Positions 39,923-53,140 of a stretch of DNA of 64,000 nucleotides are shown in pieces. Each line of letters begins with the position of its first letter. Within the stretch, counting starts at the first letter, position 1. Source of the stretch: Octopus vulgaris (taxonomy: Eukaryota). The notes beneath the pieces were generated by a model. That model saw only the letters and a list, made by a program, of their open reading frames with translations, was not told the DNA's origin and did not search any database. Both the position numbers and the translations under genes were made by a program. The stretch covers positions 47,864,001 to 47,928,000 of the forward strand of contig OX597833.1 in the NCBI GenBank assembly GCA_951406725.2, given 5' to 3'.

Positions 39923-40286
39923 GGAGGTAATAAAGCATGATGATGATGGCGATAACAGCAATGCTGTTTTTTTCTTCCTTTTTTTTCAAAATTTTTGCCC
40001 AAGTCCAGCAGTTTCATGGGCAGTTGTAAGTCGATTACATTGACTTCAGTGCTCAGCTGGTACTTATTTTATTGACTCTGAAAGGATGAAACACTAAGTC
40101 AACCTTAGTGACCTTTGAACTAAGAGCATAAAGCATTTTGTCTGGCGTGCTAATGAACTTGAAGTTAATATTAATTAAACAATAATGCATCTATTGATCC
40201 TTAATATGTTTTGGCAGCTTCACATGTAATTAATTATCTGATTATCATTGTTTTTCATCAATAGAGAACATCTCCTTTCTGTAGTT

Positions 40287-41040
40287 CAGTGGTTTTCAAA
40301 TAGGATCCATACGAACCCTGAGGGTCCACATAAAACTTTTGGGGGTCCACGCATCAAAATAATAAATTTAAGGTCCCCTGAAAAAATGTTGCTTTAGATG
40401 TATGTATTGGTATGTATTGCAAGAAACAGCTTGGCTTCTTTCTCTAACAGTTTATTTAGTTCATCATACACAATTCGGATCTTTTCGGTTTGAACGGCAG
40501 TTTTTTATAGCGAGGTCATATGAAATTGTCACCCATAATTATGACCCTAGTATCAATCTATTGCATTTCAATATGTTTTAGGGTTAGGGTTAGGGTGGGG
40601 GGAAGGGTATCTTTTTTTCTTCACAAATGTAAATAAACCCAATCTGTTTCTTAAACGAGGGACATATTCATACGGCACAGAATGTTTTCACCTCAATAGA
40701 CGTCACTGATTGGTTGAAATTGCAGAAATTGAAGAAAAAACAACAACAAATATCTTACAAACTATAGAATTTTCTCAATAAAGCAAAGAGAAAAAGATGT
40801 TTTATAAACACATTCTACCAGTATACGAAGTTTAAAATTTTTTAGTTACCTAGAAATTATGTTAAAAACTGCCGTTCAAACTGAAAAGATCCCACAATTC
40901 TAATATGCGAAACACAAAATAGGAATTTAGAAAAAAGTATCCATAAGACTAGTTTTTAAACATTGAATGACTCTGAGGTCCATTAGAATAAAATGCTAAT
41001 CAAAGGGATCCATAGATAAAGAAATGGTTGAGAACCCCTG
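40287..41040. mobile_element. hAT/Charlie-type MITE hosting a nested MITE
   Basis: CAGTGGTTTTCAA ... TTGAGAACCCCTG termini with subterminal GGGTCCA repeats; TSD not preserved. Confidence 0.65.
40477..40892. mobile_element. MITE with ~28-bp TIRs, 8-bp TSD and internal TTAGGG repeats
   Basis: GGATCTTTTCGGTTTGAACGGCAGTTTTT ... AAAAACTGCCGTTCAAACTGAAAAGATCC; TSD cacaattc on both sides. Confidence 0.88.
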
Positions 41041-41827
41041 CATGACACATGATTCACCAGTGTAAGGGGGACTTTGAGACACAATGGTGTTTTGACCTCA
41101 TTGCAAATCTCATCAATGGAAGCTACTCCCACTGGACCGATGAATTTGACAAGAGCATGGCTCAGGAGAAATGAGGTCAAACTACTGTGGTGTCTTAAAG
41201 TACCCTTACACTGGTGAATCATGTGTGCTATGAACAAATATTATCTAAAGGGATGGGGTGGTCTTTTTTGACAGAAAAACCCAACAGCCTCGAGCTAGCA
41301 GAATTGTTAGCACGCTGGGCGAAATGCTGAGCGGTATTTCGTCTGCCACTACGTTCTGAGTTCAAATTCCGCCAAGATCGACTTTGCCTTTCATCCTTTT
41401 GGGGTCGATTACATAAGTACCAGTTACGCACTGGAGTCGATATAATCAACTTACTCCATTTGTCTGTCCTTGTTTGTCCCCTCTGTGTGTAGCCCCCTGT
41501 GGGCAGTAAAGAAATAAGATATTCATGTTCAAACCTGCCAGAAAGTATTAAAAATGAATAGAGATGTTATTGTTTGGATTTTCACTGTTCTGTATGTACT
41601 CCATGAATAATATTGGCTTCAAATTTTGACACAAGGCCAGCAATTTCTGGGGTGGGGGCCAGTCAATTACATCAGCCCCAGTACTCAACTGGCAAAGTTG
41701 ACTTTGGCAGAATTTGAACCCAGAATGTAAAAATGGACGAAATGCCACAAAGCATTTTGCTCGTTGTGCCAGCTTTCCACCCTGCCCCTTGAATAATGTT
41801 AATTAGAAATGACATTGAATATATTCT

Positions 41828-42140
41828 GTGAAGGCACATGGCTCAGTGATTGGAGTATCGGGCTCACAATCATGAGGTTGTGAGTTCGATTCCCAGACCA
41901 GACTGTGTGTTGTGTTCTTGAGCAAGACACTTTATTTTACATTGCTCGAGTTCACTCAACTATAGAAATGACTTGCAACATCACCGGTGCCAAGTTGTAC
42001 CAGCCTTTGCCTTTCCCTTGGATAACATCAGTGGCGTGGAAAGGGCAGGCTGGTATGCATGGGCGACTGCTGGTCTTCTATAACCTACCTTACCCGGTCT
42101 TGTGTTTCTAGCTGTAATCCTGTGGTCATTCATGACCGAG
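41828..42140 (+). mobile_element. SINE family D copy
   Basis: A-box/B-box tRNA head; colinear with 60753-61081. Confidence 0.8.
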
Positions 42141-42411
42141 GTGTGTGTGTGTGTGGGGGGTTCTTCTTATGTTCTATGAACTCAATAAATTGATAGTTGA
42201 CTGAAATCAAACTCAAGGAATAATTATTATTACCAATTTATCACAAGATATTGATTATAGAATCAGTTTTTAAACCTCCAAGGTCTATAAATAGTGAATG
42301 TCAAGATTTGGTCAAGTGGAATAATATGTTGTATGATGTGCCATATACAACTGAATGGAAAAAAAGTGTTGTCTTGTATCCATCTCATGCCAGCCTGGAA
42401 AACAAATGTTA

Positions 42412-42690
42412 AATGGTGGTGGTGGCGGTGGTGGCGGTGGTGTGTGTCCTGTAAGAATTTAAGTTGATATGGTTGCTGAATGGTTGATAAGGCGGAGGCG
42501 GTAGTGGTGGTGGTGGCGGCAGCAGTGGTGGTGGTGGTGGCGGCGGCAGTGGTGGTGGTGGTGGTGGTGGTGGTGGTGGCGGCAGTGGTGGTGGCGGTGG
42601 CAGTGGTGATGGCTGTGTGTGTCCTGTAAGAATTTAAGTTGATATGGTTGCTGAATGGTTGATATGGCGGTGGTGGTAGCAGTGGTTATT
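42412..42690. repeat. (GGT/GGC)n triplet repeat within local tandem duplications
   Basis: Directly visible. Flanks 42227-42350 and 42686-42810 are duplicated. Confidence 0.85.
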
Positions 42691-42814
42691 ACCAATTTAT
42701 CACAAGATATTGATTGATATGGTTCCTGAAAGTTTCTCCAGTCTTTAAATAGTGAATGTCAAGATTTGGTCAAGTGGAATAATATGTTGTATGATGTGCC
42801 ATATACAACAAGAA

Positions 42815-43582
42815 AACCATCCGAATGTGGCCGTAGCCAGTACCGCATCGACTGGCCTCCGTGCTGTGGGCACGCAACAAACACCATCCGATCGTGGCCG
42901 TTCGCCAGCCTCATCTGGCACCTGTGTCGGTGGCACATAAAAACACCATCCGAAGACCCGGCAAGACTAGTCAGGCCATAACCCGTGGCCCCTACCTGGG
43001 ACGTAGTCAGTCCACCTGTGCATACCTTCCTTCTTGTGACACTTGTGAAGACCTGTTGAGGCAAGTGAAAATCAAATCAAATCAAAACAAATCAAAATAG
43101 ATGAACATCAATGGAATTTGTATCTTTGTGGTACCAGTGCCGGTGGCACACAAGAAAATCATCCGAACGTGGACGTAGCCAGTACCGCATAGACTGGCCT
43201 CCGTGCTTTGGGGACGTAACAAACACCATCCGATCATGGCCGTCCGCCAGCCTCATCTGGCACCTGTGTCGGTGGCACATAAAAACACCATCCGAGCGTG
43301 GCCGTCTGCCAGCCTCGTCTGGCACCTGTGTCGGTGGCACATAAAAACACCATCCGAGCGTGGCCGTTCGTCAGCCTCGTCTGGCACCTGTGTCGGTGGC
43401 ACATAAAATCACCCACTACACTCTCGGAGTGGTTGGCGTTAGGAAGGGCATCCAGCTGTAGAAACACTGCCAGATCTGACTGGCCTGGTGCAGCCTTCGG
43501 GCTCCCCAGACCCCAGTTGAACCGTCCAACCCATGCTAGCATGGAAAACGGACGCTAAATGATGATGATGATGATGATGATG
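42815..43582 (+). mobile_element. SINE-like family C (internal ~62-bp GGCACCTGTGCCGGTGGCACGTAAAA repeats, GTTAGGAAGGGCATCCAGC motif, (GAT)n tail)
   Basis: About 15 copies in the window, e.g. 15530-15815-, 30885-31190+, 32055-32350+, 46988-47298+, 48150-48606+, 52180-52860-, 57148-57413+, 57950-58263+, 63720-64000+. Confidence 0.85.
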
Positions 43583-45027
43583 CAAATTTTCCAACTATGC
43601 CCTTTACCTTGGACAGGCTGGCTGTATAGTTAAGACATTCACTTTGCAACCACATGGTTTTTGGGATTTAGTCTCAATGCGCAGCGCCTTGAGCAATTGT
43701 CTTCTTTTCTAACCTCAGGCCGACCAATACTTTGTGAGTGAATTTGGTTGATGGAAACTGTGTGGAAGCTCATCACATGTGTGTGTGTGTGTCTTTATCC
43801 TTAGTTTAACCGCTAAGTTACGTCCCTGTAACTTAGCAATTCAGCAAAAGAGACCAATAGAATAAGTACTACGCTTACAAAGAATAAGTCCTGGGGTTGA
43901 TTTCTTCGACTAAAGGCGGTGCTCCAGCATGGCCGCAGTCAGATGACTGAAACAAGTGAAAGAGTAAAAGAGTAAAGGAGACCAATAGAATAAGTACCAG
44001 ACTTAAAAAATAAGTCCTGGAATCAAGCTGTTGGACTAAAACTCTCCGAGGCAGTGCTCCAGCTTGGCTATAGTCTAGTAAGTGAAACAAGTAAAAGTTA
44101 AACGATGAAATAATTATTAAAAGCTATAATGATTTTATTTTAAAATAATGCAATGGCTTCTGATTAAAAGTATCATATCAATTATGTTACCTAACAATAT
44201 ATGGGGAGATCTTCATTTGTTTCTTGGGAAAATAGTTTATACATAAATGCCTGTAGATGGGAAATACCAATAATATTAGTACAAATAGTTATGCGAGTTT
44301 AACAGGAAATAGTGGCTGGCAATATTTGTTTTTCCACTCTATTCTCTTTCAAGTAGTCTGAGTTAAGTTTTATGGCCCATAGCAGAAATAATTGGCCTAA
44401 ATTTAACCACTTAGGTTGAACATCATTATTAAGTTTATATGAATTGAATTGCTACAGACTTGCTGGAAGGTAGCAGTTGTATTTGATTCTTTGATGCTTC
44501 TTGGTTTGATTTAAGGAAATTAGTGATGGTTTGTCTCCAAGCACTCTCCTGAAAATAAATTTGTCTTTCTGGAAGTGTCAAAATATTTACTAGAAGTTAA
44601 TTTAATCAACTCTATACTCTCTCTTTACTCTTTACTCTTTTACTTGTTTCAGTCATTTGACTGTGGCCATGCTGGAGCACCACCTTTAGTCAAGCAACCA
44701 CTTCTGGCAGTGCCATGTAAAAGTGGCCATGTGGTGCCATGTAAAAGCACCCATACAGTGCCACATGAAAGTTCCTGTGTAGCGTCCCATGAAAGTGCCT
44801 GTGTGGTGTCACGTAAAAGTGCCCATGCAGTGCTATGTAAAAACACCCAGCACACTCTATAAAGTGGTTGGTGTTAGGAAGGGCATCCAGCTGTAGAAAC
44901 CATGCCAAATCAGATTGGAGTCTGGTGCAGCTTGCCAGCCCTGGTCAAACCATCCAACCCATACCAGCACAGACAGCAGACGTTAAATGATGATGTGTTT
45001 GTTTATTATTAGAATGGCATTGTATGG

Positions 45028-45390
45028 TTAGTTAGTTAGTTAATTCTTTGGCTCAAAAAGCAGAAATTTTGCAAGGCCATGTAGGGAGACATGGAGTTAT
45101 GTACAGGGTGGTGTTCAGGTAAAGAGTTCAGGCCACTTGTAGTCAAGGGAGACTTTGAACCGAGTGGTCGTCGGCATCTTCACCATCTCGTCCGGCATGC
45201 TTATTCCATGGATCCGCAACCCGGACGGAGTAAGCCCAGTACTTATTCTATCGTTCTCTTTTGCTGAACTGCTAAGTGACAGAGACGTAAGAGCAGGAGT
45301 GAAGAACAGCTCTTTCGAGAGGTTACACTTTCCGCTTATGATGTTGTGAGCAAGAATGAGATCACCACGGCGTCGTCGTTTTTCTAAAAA
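45028..45390 (-). mobile_element. CR1-clade LINE 3' fragment
   Basis: LEKRRRRGDLILAHNIISGK and SVRVADPWN...MPTTTRFKVSLD; (CTAA)n tail; internal segment replaced by a SINE A piece. Confidence 0.75.
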
Positions 45391-45947
45391 CAGGCAGAAT
45401 ATTTTGGGCTGAATAAAGCCAGTTTAAACAACCAAGGGTTAAAGTTTCAACTAAGGTTACAAAATTCTGATTGGCTGAAATAACATAATTTCTAGGTCCT
45501 TTCTTGTTCAAGTCGCAATCTGTTTATCCCTTAATTTTTAAACTTTTACTTTATATGGAAAAGACCTAAGAAATTAGCCTAAATTTGCTTACTTTCATAT
45601 TACTCCTGTCCACAAATATTTCACTTACTGTATTCTAGAAGATACAAAGATATGAGAGATTTTTCTTCCTTTAAAATGAATCCAGGAATTATAGAACTTC
45701 ACAGAATCTAGCATGGTTGTAAACATTTTTTTGTTCTAAACAAAGGCTATTTAGACAATGCTATTTGTTCCTATTTTCTTACCAGAACATGTCTTTACAC
45801 GCCATATCTTACAGTTATTTATTACCTTATTGTCATTACTTACATCCTCAAAACTTTTATATTATGAACAAGGTAACTTCATTCTCTGCTTTGTTTTCTT
45901 CTCAAGCCTATATTTTAACACTTTAACTTATTTATTGTTTTTTTTTT

Positions 45948-46387
45948 GGATCTTTTCGGTTTGAACGGCAGTTTTTTAAAAATCATTTCCACGTAACTAA
46001 ACACTTTTAAACTTCGTATACTGGTAGAATGTGTTTATAAAACATCTTTTTCTCTTGGCTTTATTGAGAAAATTCTATAGTTTGTAAGATATTTGTTGTT
46101 TTTTTTCTTCAATTTCTGCAATTTCAACCAATCAAATACGTCTATTGAGGTAAAAAAAACATTCTGTGCCATATGAATATGTCCCTCATTTAAGAGACAG
46201 GTTGGGTTTATTTACATTTGGGAAGAAAAAAAGATACCCTTCCCCTACCCCTAACCAACCCTAACTAACCCTAACCCTAATCCTAAAAGAGATTGAAATG
46301 CAATAGATCGATTCTAGGGTCATAATTATGGGTGACAATTTCATATGACACCGCTAGAAAAAAATGCTGTTCAAACTGAAAAGATCC
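45948..46387. mobile_element. second copy of the GGATC-TIR MITE, opposite orientation
   Basis: Same TIRs and internal (CCCTAA)n at ~46250-46285; no clear TSD. Confidence 0.85.
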
Positions 46388-46929
46388 GGATTTGTTTTCA
46401 AAAAATTATTTCAACAGTATTTATTGAAATATAAATGTGTTTTTTAAACAGTCAAGATAAATACTAACATCACCACACTTTTTTAACACTCATTTAGCTC
46501 TCCTTTGCATAGTTCATAAAATGAATCTTTGCCACTGTTCTCTCTGTTGCCATCATTGGTTACAGTGTTATTCTTCCTTCACCCTACCTGTCGCTACACT
46601 CCCTATGCTCTTCTTACATTAAATCACTCGCTCATATGTGTTACTCAGTTTCCTATTTCGTTCAGGTATATCTAGCGGGGTTATTAACTATAGGTGGCAT
46701 TTTTTGATATCTGTATTGAAAATGTTTCATGTGTATTTAGTGGTCACTATACTCTTTTACTTGTTTCAGTCATTTGACTGTGGCCATGCTGGAGCATCGC
46801 CTTTAGTCAAGCAAATCGATCCCAGGACTTATTCTTTGTAAGCCTAGTATTTATTCTATCAATCTCTTTTGCCGAACTGCTAAGTTACAGGGACATAAGT
46901 GTTAAGCGATGTTGGGGGGGGGAACACAG

Positions 46930-46990
<61 letters not shown>

Positions 46991-48825
46991 GCCAGTGGCA
47001 CGTAAAAAGTACCATCCGTTCGTGTCCGTTGCCAGCCTCGCCTGGCCCCGTGCCAGTGGCACGTAAAAGCACCATCCGTTCGTGACCGTTCACCAGCTCC
47101 GGCTGGCACCTGTGCGGGTGGCACGTAAAAAGCACCCACTACACTCGCGGAGTGGTTGGCGTTAGGTAGGGCATCCAGCCGTAGAAACACTGCCAGATCA
47201 GACTGGGCCTGATGCAGCCTTCTGTCTTCACAGACCCCAGTTGAACCGTCCAACCCATGCTAGCATGGAAAACGGACGCTAAATGATGATGATGATGATA
47301 CAATGGGCTTCTTTCAGTTTCCATCTACCAAATCCACTCTCAAGGCTTTGGTCAGCCCGAAGCTATAGTAGAAGACACTTGCCGAAGGTGCCACGCAGTG
47401 GGACTGAACCCTATTGTTGAAATATTTTTTCATATTGTCTGAGTATAACTGATTTTATTGCTCATAAATTTTAACAATAAAATCTCATGACCATATGGAA
47501 CCCAGTAAACAGCCACTGCTCTACAGTGAGCAAAGATGATTTAGGTTCATCAATAACTTTGTACTTTGTCATTAGTGCATTGGGTAAAATTCTTAGCTGC
47601 ATTTCTTAGTTCTAATACTACCTTGGTCAACTTTGCTTTTCATCGTTTCAGAGTCATCACCATTATCATTTAAACTTACATTTTTCCATGCTTGTATGAG
47701 TCAGACAGCATTTATTGAGGCAGATTTTCTATGGCTGGATGCCCTTCCTGTTGCTAACCCTCACTTGTTTCCAAGCAAGTTAATATTTCCCAGTGGCCAG
47801 ACAGCTATCACGCAATATCAAGACAAGGAGACACAAACGTGCATACACTCATATGATGGGCTTCTTTCAGTTTTTGTCTACCAAATCCATTCACAAGGCT
47901 TTGGTTGGCCTGGGGCAATAGTAGAGGACACTTGCTTAAAGTGCCCCACAGTGGGACTGAACCCAAAACCATGAGGTTGGGAAGCAAGCTTCTTACCACA
48001 CAACCAGACCTACGTGGTCAACAAAATACCAGTCAGTTACAGGGGTTGATGTAATTGACCAGCTGCTTCCCTCTAAAACTGCTGGCCTTGTGCCAAAATT
48101 TGAAACTTATTAGGCTCTGAAAGTAATTTTTGACTCAACCAATCCTATGACTGGCACCCGGCAGTTGCCAGTGCCGCTAGACTGACTCCTGTGCAGGTGG
48201 CAAGTAAAGAAACACCGTTTCGACCCTGTGCTTGAGGAGACCTATTGAGTCAAGTGCATCATCAAAAATCAATGGAAATTGTAGTTGTGATCCCTGTGCC
48301 GGTAGCATGTAAAAAGCACCATCCAAACGTGGCCAATGCCAGCGCCGCCTTGACTGGCTTCTGTGCCAGTGGCACGTAAAAAGCACCAATCTGATCGTGG
48401 CCATGTACCAGCTTCCTCTGGCACGTAAAAAGCACCCACTACACTCATGGAGTGGTTGGCGTTAGGAAGGGCATCCAGCTTTAGAAACACTGCCAGATCA
48501 GACTGGAGCCTGGTACAGCCTTCTGGCTTCCCAGATCCCAGTTGAACCGTCCAACCCATGCTAGCATGGAGAACGGACGTTAAACGATGATGATGATGAT
48601 GATGATGTGTACTTTATCATATTCATCTCTCTAATCAAAACTGCCACTTTTCTACCATTTCAAACACCTCATCAATGATTATAAATCACTCCTGTCATCT
48701 TTCATTGATTATAGGATAATAACTCATTTCTGTACACGATCACTTAGATGAACAGTATTTTGAAATAGGTGAAGAACATAGAAATAAAAATGAAAATGTC
48801 GAACACCTAGTTGTCTGGCTGTTAG

Positions 48826-49052
48826 ACAGATTTCTTGTAAAGGGTACTTATTGTAAACTGTATCAATTTTGAAAAGATGTTGCATCAGAAATAATATGTT
48901 GCATCAGGAGTGGCTGTGTGGTAAGTAGCTTGCTTACCAAGACAGATTTCTTGTAAAGGGTACTTATTGTAAACTGTATCGATTTTGAAAAGATGTTGCA
49001 TCAGAAATATGTTGCATCAGGAGTGGCTATGTGGTAAGTAGCTTGCTTACCA
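48826..49052. repeat. ~113-bp tandem duplication spanning unique flank plus SINE A 5' end
   Basis: gacagatttcttgtaaaggg...cttgcttaccaa occurs twice in tandem. Confidence 0.9.
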
Positions 49053-49689
49053 ACCAGATGGTTCCGGGTTCAGTCCCACTGCGTGGCACCTTGGGCAAGT
49101 GTCTTCTACTATAGCCTCAGGTCGACCAAAGCCTTGTGAGTGGATTTAGTAGACGGAAACTGAAAGAAGCCCGTTGTATATATGTATATATATATATATA
49201 TATGTGTGTGTTTGTGTGTCTGTGTTTGTCCCCCCAACATCGTTTGACAACCGATGCTGGTGTGTTTATGTCCCCGTAACTTAGTGGTTTGGCAAAAGAG
49301 ACCGATAGTATAAGTACTAGGCTTACAAAGAATAAGTCCTGGGGTCGATTTGCTCGACTAAAGGTGATGCTCCAGCATGGCCACAGTCAAATGGCTGAAA
49401 CCCAAAAAAAAATGTGACATTTTTGGCACAGCTGATTTGGCATCACTGATTCAACACTGACTTGTTTTGTTTTTTTTCCACTATAGGCATGAGACCTAAT
49501 TTTGGTAATATTTGATAGAGAAATAATACCTTGTTTGGGAATAACAGATTATATTACTAGCTGGTCCTGTGCCATCAAAAATGACAGCTAATTGTAGTAG
49601 TTTATATATGTAAATAAAGGACATAATAATCACACATACAAACATTCACACACTTCCCTTGTACATTCATGCACATTACGCACATATAT

Positions 49690-50265
49690 TTACACAGAGT
49701 TGAAACTCTTTGATTTTTCTTTTCAGCATTGAGTGTTCATTCACACATACATTTACATTTTCCCATCACCCTTGCCTTCCTTATTCATCTATCACCCCTT
49801 CCTTTTTCATTCACATGTTGTGATGGAGAAAAACAAAAGAGTACAAGGGTATTGTTATATCACCATCCCACTTCCATTGCATACACACACGCACATGCAC
49901 AAACATTCACATACATCTGTTTTTACATACACACACATATACTCACACAGAGTTGAAACGCTGTTTGATTTTTTCACCCCTTCCTTCCTTCATCACCCCT
50001 TCCTTTCTCATTCACATGTTGTGACGGAGAAAAACACGAGTACAAGAGTATTATTATATCACCATCCCACTTCCATTGCATACGCACACACACACATACA
50101 CACATGAACAAACAATCACATGCCTCCGTTTTTACATACACACACATATACTAACACAGAGTTGAAACGCTGTTTGATTTTTTTTTCACCCCTTCCTTCC
50201 TTCCTTCCTTCCTTCGTCTATCACTCCTTCCTTTCTCATTCATATGAGAAAGACACGAGTATTAT
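49690..50265. repeat. degenerate ~230-250-bp tandem repeat (about 2.5 units)
   Basis: acacagagttgaaac recurs at ~49692, ~49945 and ~50155 with shared downstream sequence. Confidence 0.8.
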
Positions 50266-50652
50266 CATAGTAGAGATTTTATTGATCTCAGAAGAATAAA
50301 AGGCAAAGTCGACCTCTGCAGAATTTGAACTCAGAATGTAAAGCTTGAAGAAATATCACAAAGCATTCTGTTCAGCATTGTTATGAATCTGGCAGCTCGC
50401 TACCTTGATATAATGGTAACCCTTTCTACTATAGGCACAGGGCCTGCAATTTTAGGGGAGAGATTAAGTTAATTACATTGACCCCAGTGCTCAACTGGTA
50501 CTTATTTTATTGACCCAGAAAGGTAGAATCAACCCTGGTAGAACTTGAACTCAGTATGTTAAAGCCAGACAAAATGCTGCAAAGCCTTTTGTCTGGATTG
50601 CTAACAATTGTACCAGCCTTCATAGCTGACTTCTTTGATATCAGACTTTTTA

Positions 50653-51225
50653 AGGCGGCGAGCTGGCAGAAACATTAGCACGCCGGGCGAAATGCGTAGC
50701 TGTATTTCGTCTGCCGTTACGTTCTGAGTTCAAATTCCGCCGCGGTCGACTTTGCCTTTCATCCTTTCAGGGTCGATAAATTAAGTACCAGTTACACACT
50801 GGGGTTGATATAATTGACTTAATCCATTTGTCTCCTCTGTGTTTAGCCCCTTGTGGGTAGTAAAGAAATAGGTATTTCATCTACCGCTACATTCTGAGTT
50901 CAAATTCCGCCGAGGTCGACTTTGCCTTTCATCCTTTCAGGGTCAATAAATTAAGTACCAGTTACGCACTGGGGTTGATATAATCGACTTAATCCATTTG
51001 TCTGTCCTTGTTTGTCCCCTTGTGGGTAGTAAAGAACTAGGTATTTCATCTACCGCTACATTCTGAGTTCAAATTCCGCCGAGGTCGACTTTACCTTTCA
51101 TCCTTTCGGGGTCGATAAATTAAGTACCAATTAGGCACTGGGGTTGATGTAATCAACTTAATCCTTTTGTCTGTCCTTGTTTGTCCCCTCTGTGTTTAGC
51201 CCCTTGTGGGTAGTAAAGAAATAGA
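50653..51225 (+). mobile_element. SINE family B with three tandem core units
   Basis: One head followed by three ~170-180-bp units sharing gagttcaaattccgcc...tgtgggtagtaaagaa. Confidence 0.88.
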
Positions 51226-52992
51226 TATCAGACCTTTTAATGTTTTCCTTATTTTAAGATTTTTCTCTTTCTCTCCCTCTCTTTTTCTCCATTACCTCCT
51301 CTCTCTCTCTCTCTCTGTTTATCTATGTGAGCATTTAGTTATGTTTGTATGTGTGTTTAATGTCTCTCTTTCTCCTCCCCTCTCTCTCTGTCTCTCTCAT
51401 TTTATCTATGTGTATATTTCTGCACGTGCATGCATGTGTGTGTGTGTGTGTGTTTGCCTCAAGTGCCAAAAACTACTGTCTCTAAAACCCCAAAACAGGT
51501 TGACTGTCCAGTCAGTCATGCCAAATTATTAACATCAGGAACATGCATACATAATCTGACTTCCTGCTATAAATTCACTCTTCATGCTATCAATTTAGCC
51601 CCTATTCTAAACATCATAGGCGCAGGAGTGGCTGTGTGGTAAGTAGCTTGCTTACCAACCACATGGTTCCGGGTTCAGACCCACTGCATGGCACCTTGGG
51701 CAAGTGTCTTCTACTAGAGCCTCGGGCCGACCAAAGCCTTGTGAGTGGATTTGGTAGGCGGAAACTGAAAGAAGCCCGTCGTATATATGTATATTTATGT
51801 GTGTGTGTGTGTGTGTTTTTGTTCCCCCAAGATTGCTTGACAACCGATGGTGGTGTCTTTATGTCCCTGTAACTTAGTGGGTCGGCAAAAGAGACCGATA
51901 GAATAAGTACTAGGCTTACAAAGAATAAGTCCTGGGGTCAATTTGCTCGACTAAAGACGGTGCTCCAGCATGGCCACAGTCAAATGACTGAAACAAGTAA
52001 AAGAGTATCATTATACTCTTTCTCTCTGTTCTTCTTTCTTATCATCCTTCCTTATTTATTTCATCAGTGTATTAGTGTATCTTCTTTCTTGATTTCAGCG
52101 TATCTCCGTCTTTGATTGTAAGGCACTAGTTCCTCTACATTGGTTATTGCCTCTTCCTGTATTTGATTAGCTCAAATCATTATCATCATCATTGTTTAAC
52201 ATCCGTTTTCCATGCTAGCATGGGCTGGATGGTTTGACCGGGGTCTGGGAAGCCAGGAGGCTGCACCAGGCTCCAGTCTGATCTGGCAGTGTTCCTACAT
52301 CTTGATGCCCTTCCTAACACCAACCACTCCGTGAATGTAGTGGGTGCTTTTTATGTGCCACCGGCACAGGTGCCAGGGGAGGCTGCAACAGCCACAATCG
52401 GTTGGTGCTTTTTACATGCCGCCGGCACGGAAGCCAGTCAAGGCGGTGCTGGCATCGGCCACATTCGGATGGTGCTTTTTATGTGCCACCGGCGGCTGCA
52501 ACGGCCACGATCGGTTGGTGCTTTTTACGTGCCACCAGCATGAAAGCCAGTCAAGGCAGCGCTGGTATTGGCCACGTTCGGATGGTGCTTTTTACGTGCC
52601 ACCAGCACAGGTATCACAACTACAATTTCCATTTGATTTTTTGATGTTGATGTACTCGACTCAATAGGTCTCCTCAAGCACAGCAGGTCGCCCTACGATC
52701 TAAGATAAGCACAGCAGGCCGTCCTGCAATCCAAGGCACTTTGGATGGGCTGGGGCTGCTATGTGAAGCTGGTGCAGGAAACAGCCACGAATTCACGTTA
52801 TTTGTCGGGTCTTCGCAGTCACAGCATATCTCCAGAGGTCTCGGTCTTTCGTCATTGCCTCTGTGAACACAAATATTTTAGTATTTTACTGCTTTCATTT
52901 AATCACTCAAACATTTCTCCAAACCTTCATGTTCTCGATGAATGTGTTTACGAACATGTTTCACTAGTTTAAAATGTTGTTCCTTCAATTAG

Positions 52993-53023
52993 GTCAAACC
53001 ATGGAATTCCATCACCTTCGCTG
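52993..53023 (+). CDS. candidate 31-nt microexon (R-SNHGIPSPSL)
   Basis: tgttccttcaattag acceptor, CTG|gtaaag donor, phase 2-0, 117 nt upstream of the CH exon. Confidence 0.35.
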
Positions 53024-53140
53024 GTAAAGCATTTCCTGTTATTTGAAATCTAAAATGATTCATGTTTATTTAGTAAATGTTTCATTGTTCTTCTGTTTTA
53101 TTTTTCTAAATGAAGGTTTTTGTTTCTTCTGTTTTTTTAG

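Noticed and set aside
40578-40602. True telomere or chromosome fusion site
   Set aside because: There are only about three TTAGGG units and they are internal to a MITE.
42459-42695. His-rich metal-binding peptide ORF
   Set aside because: It is the antisense translation of a GGT/GGC triplet repeat with no splice or start support.
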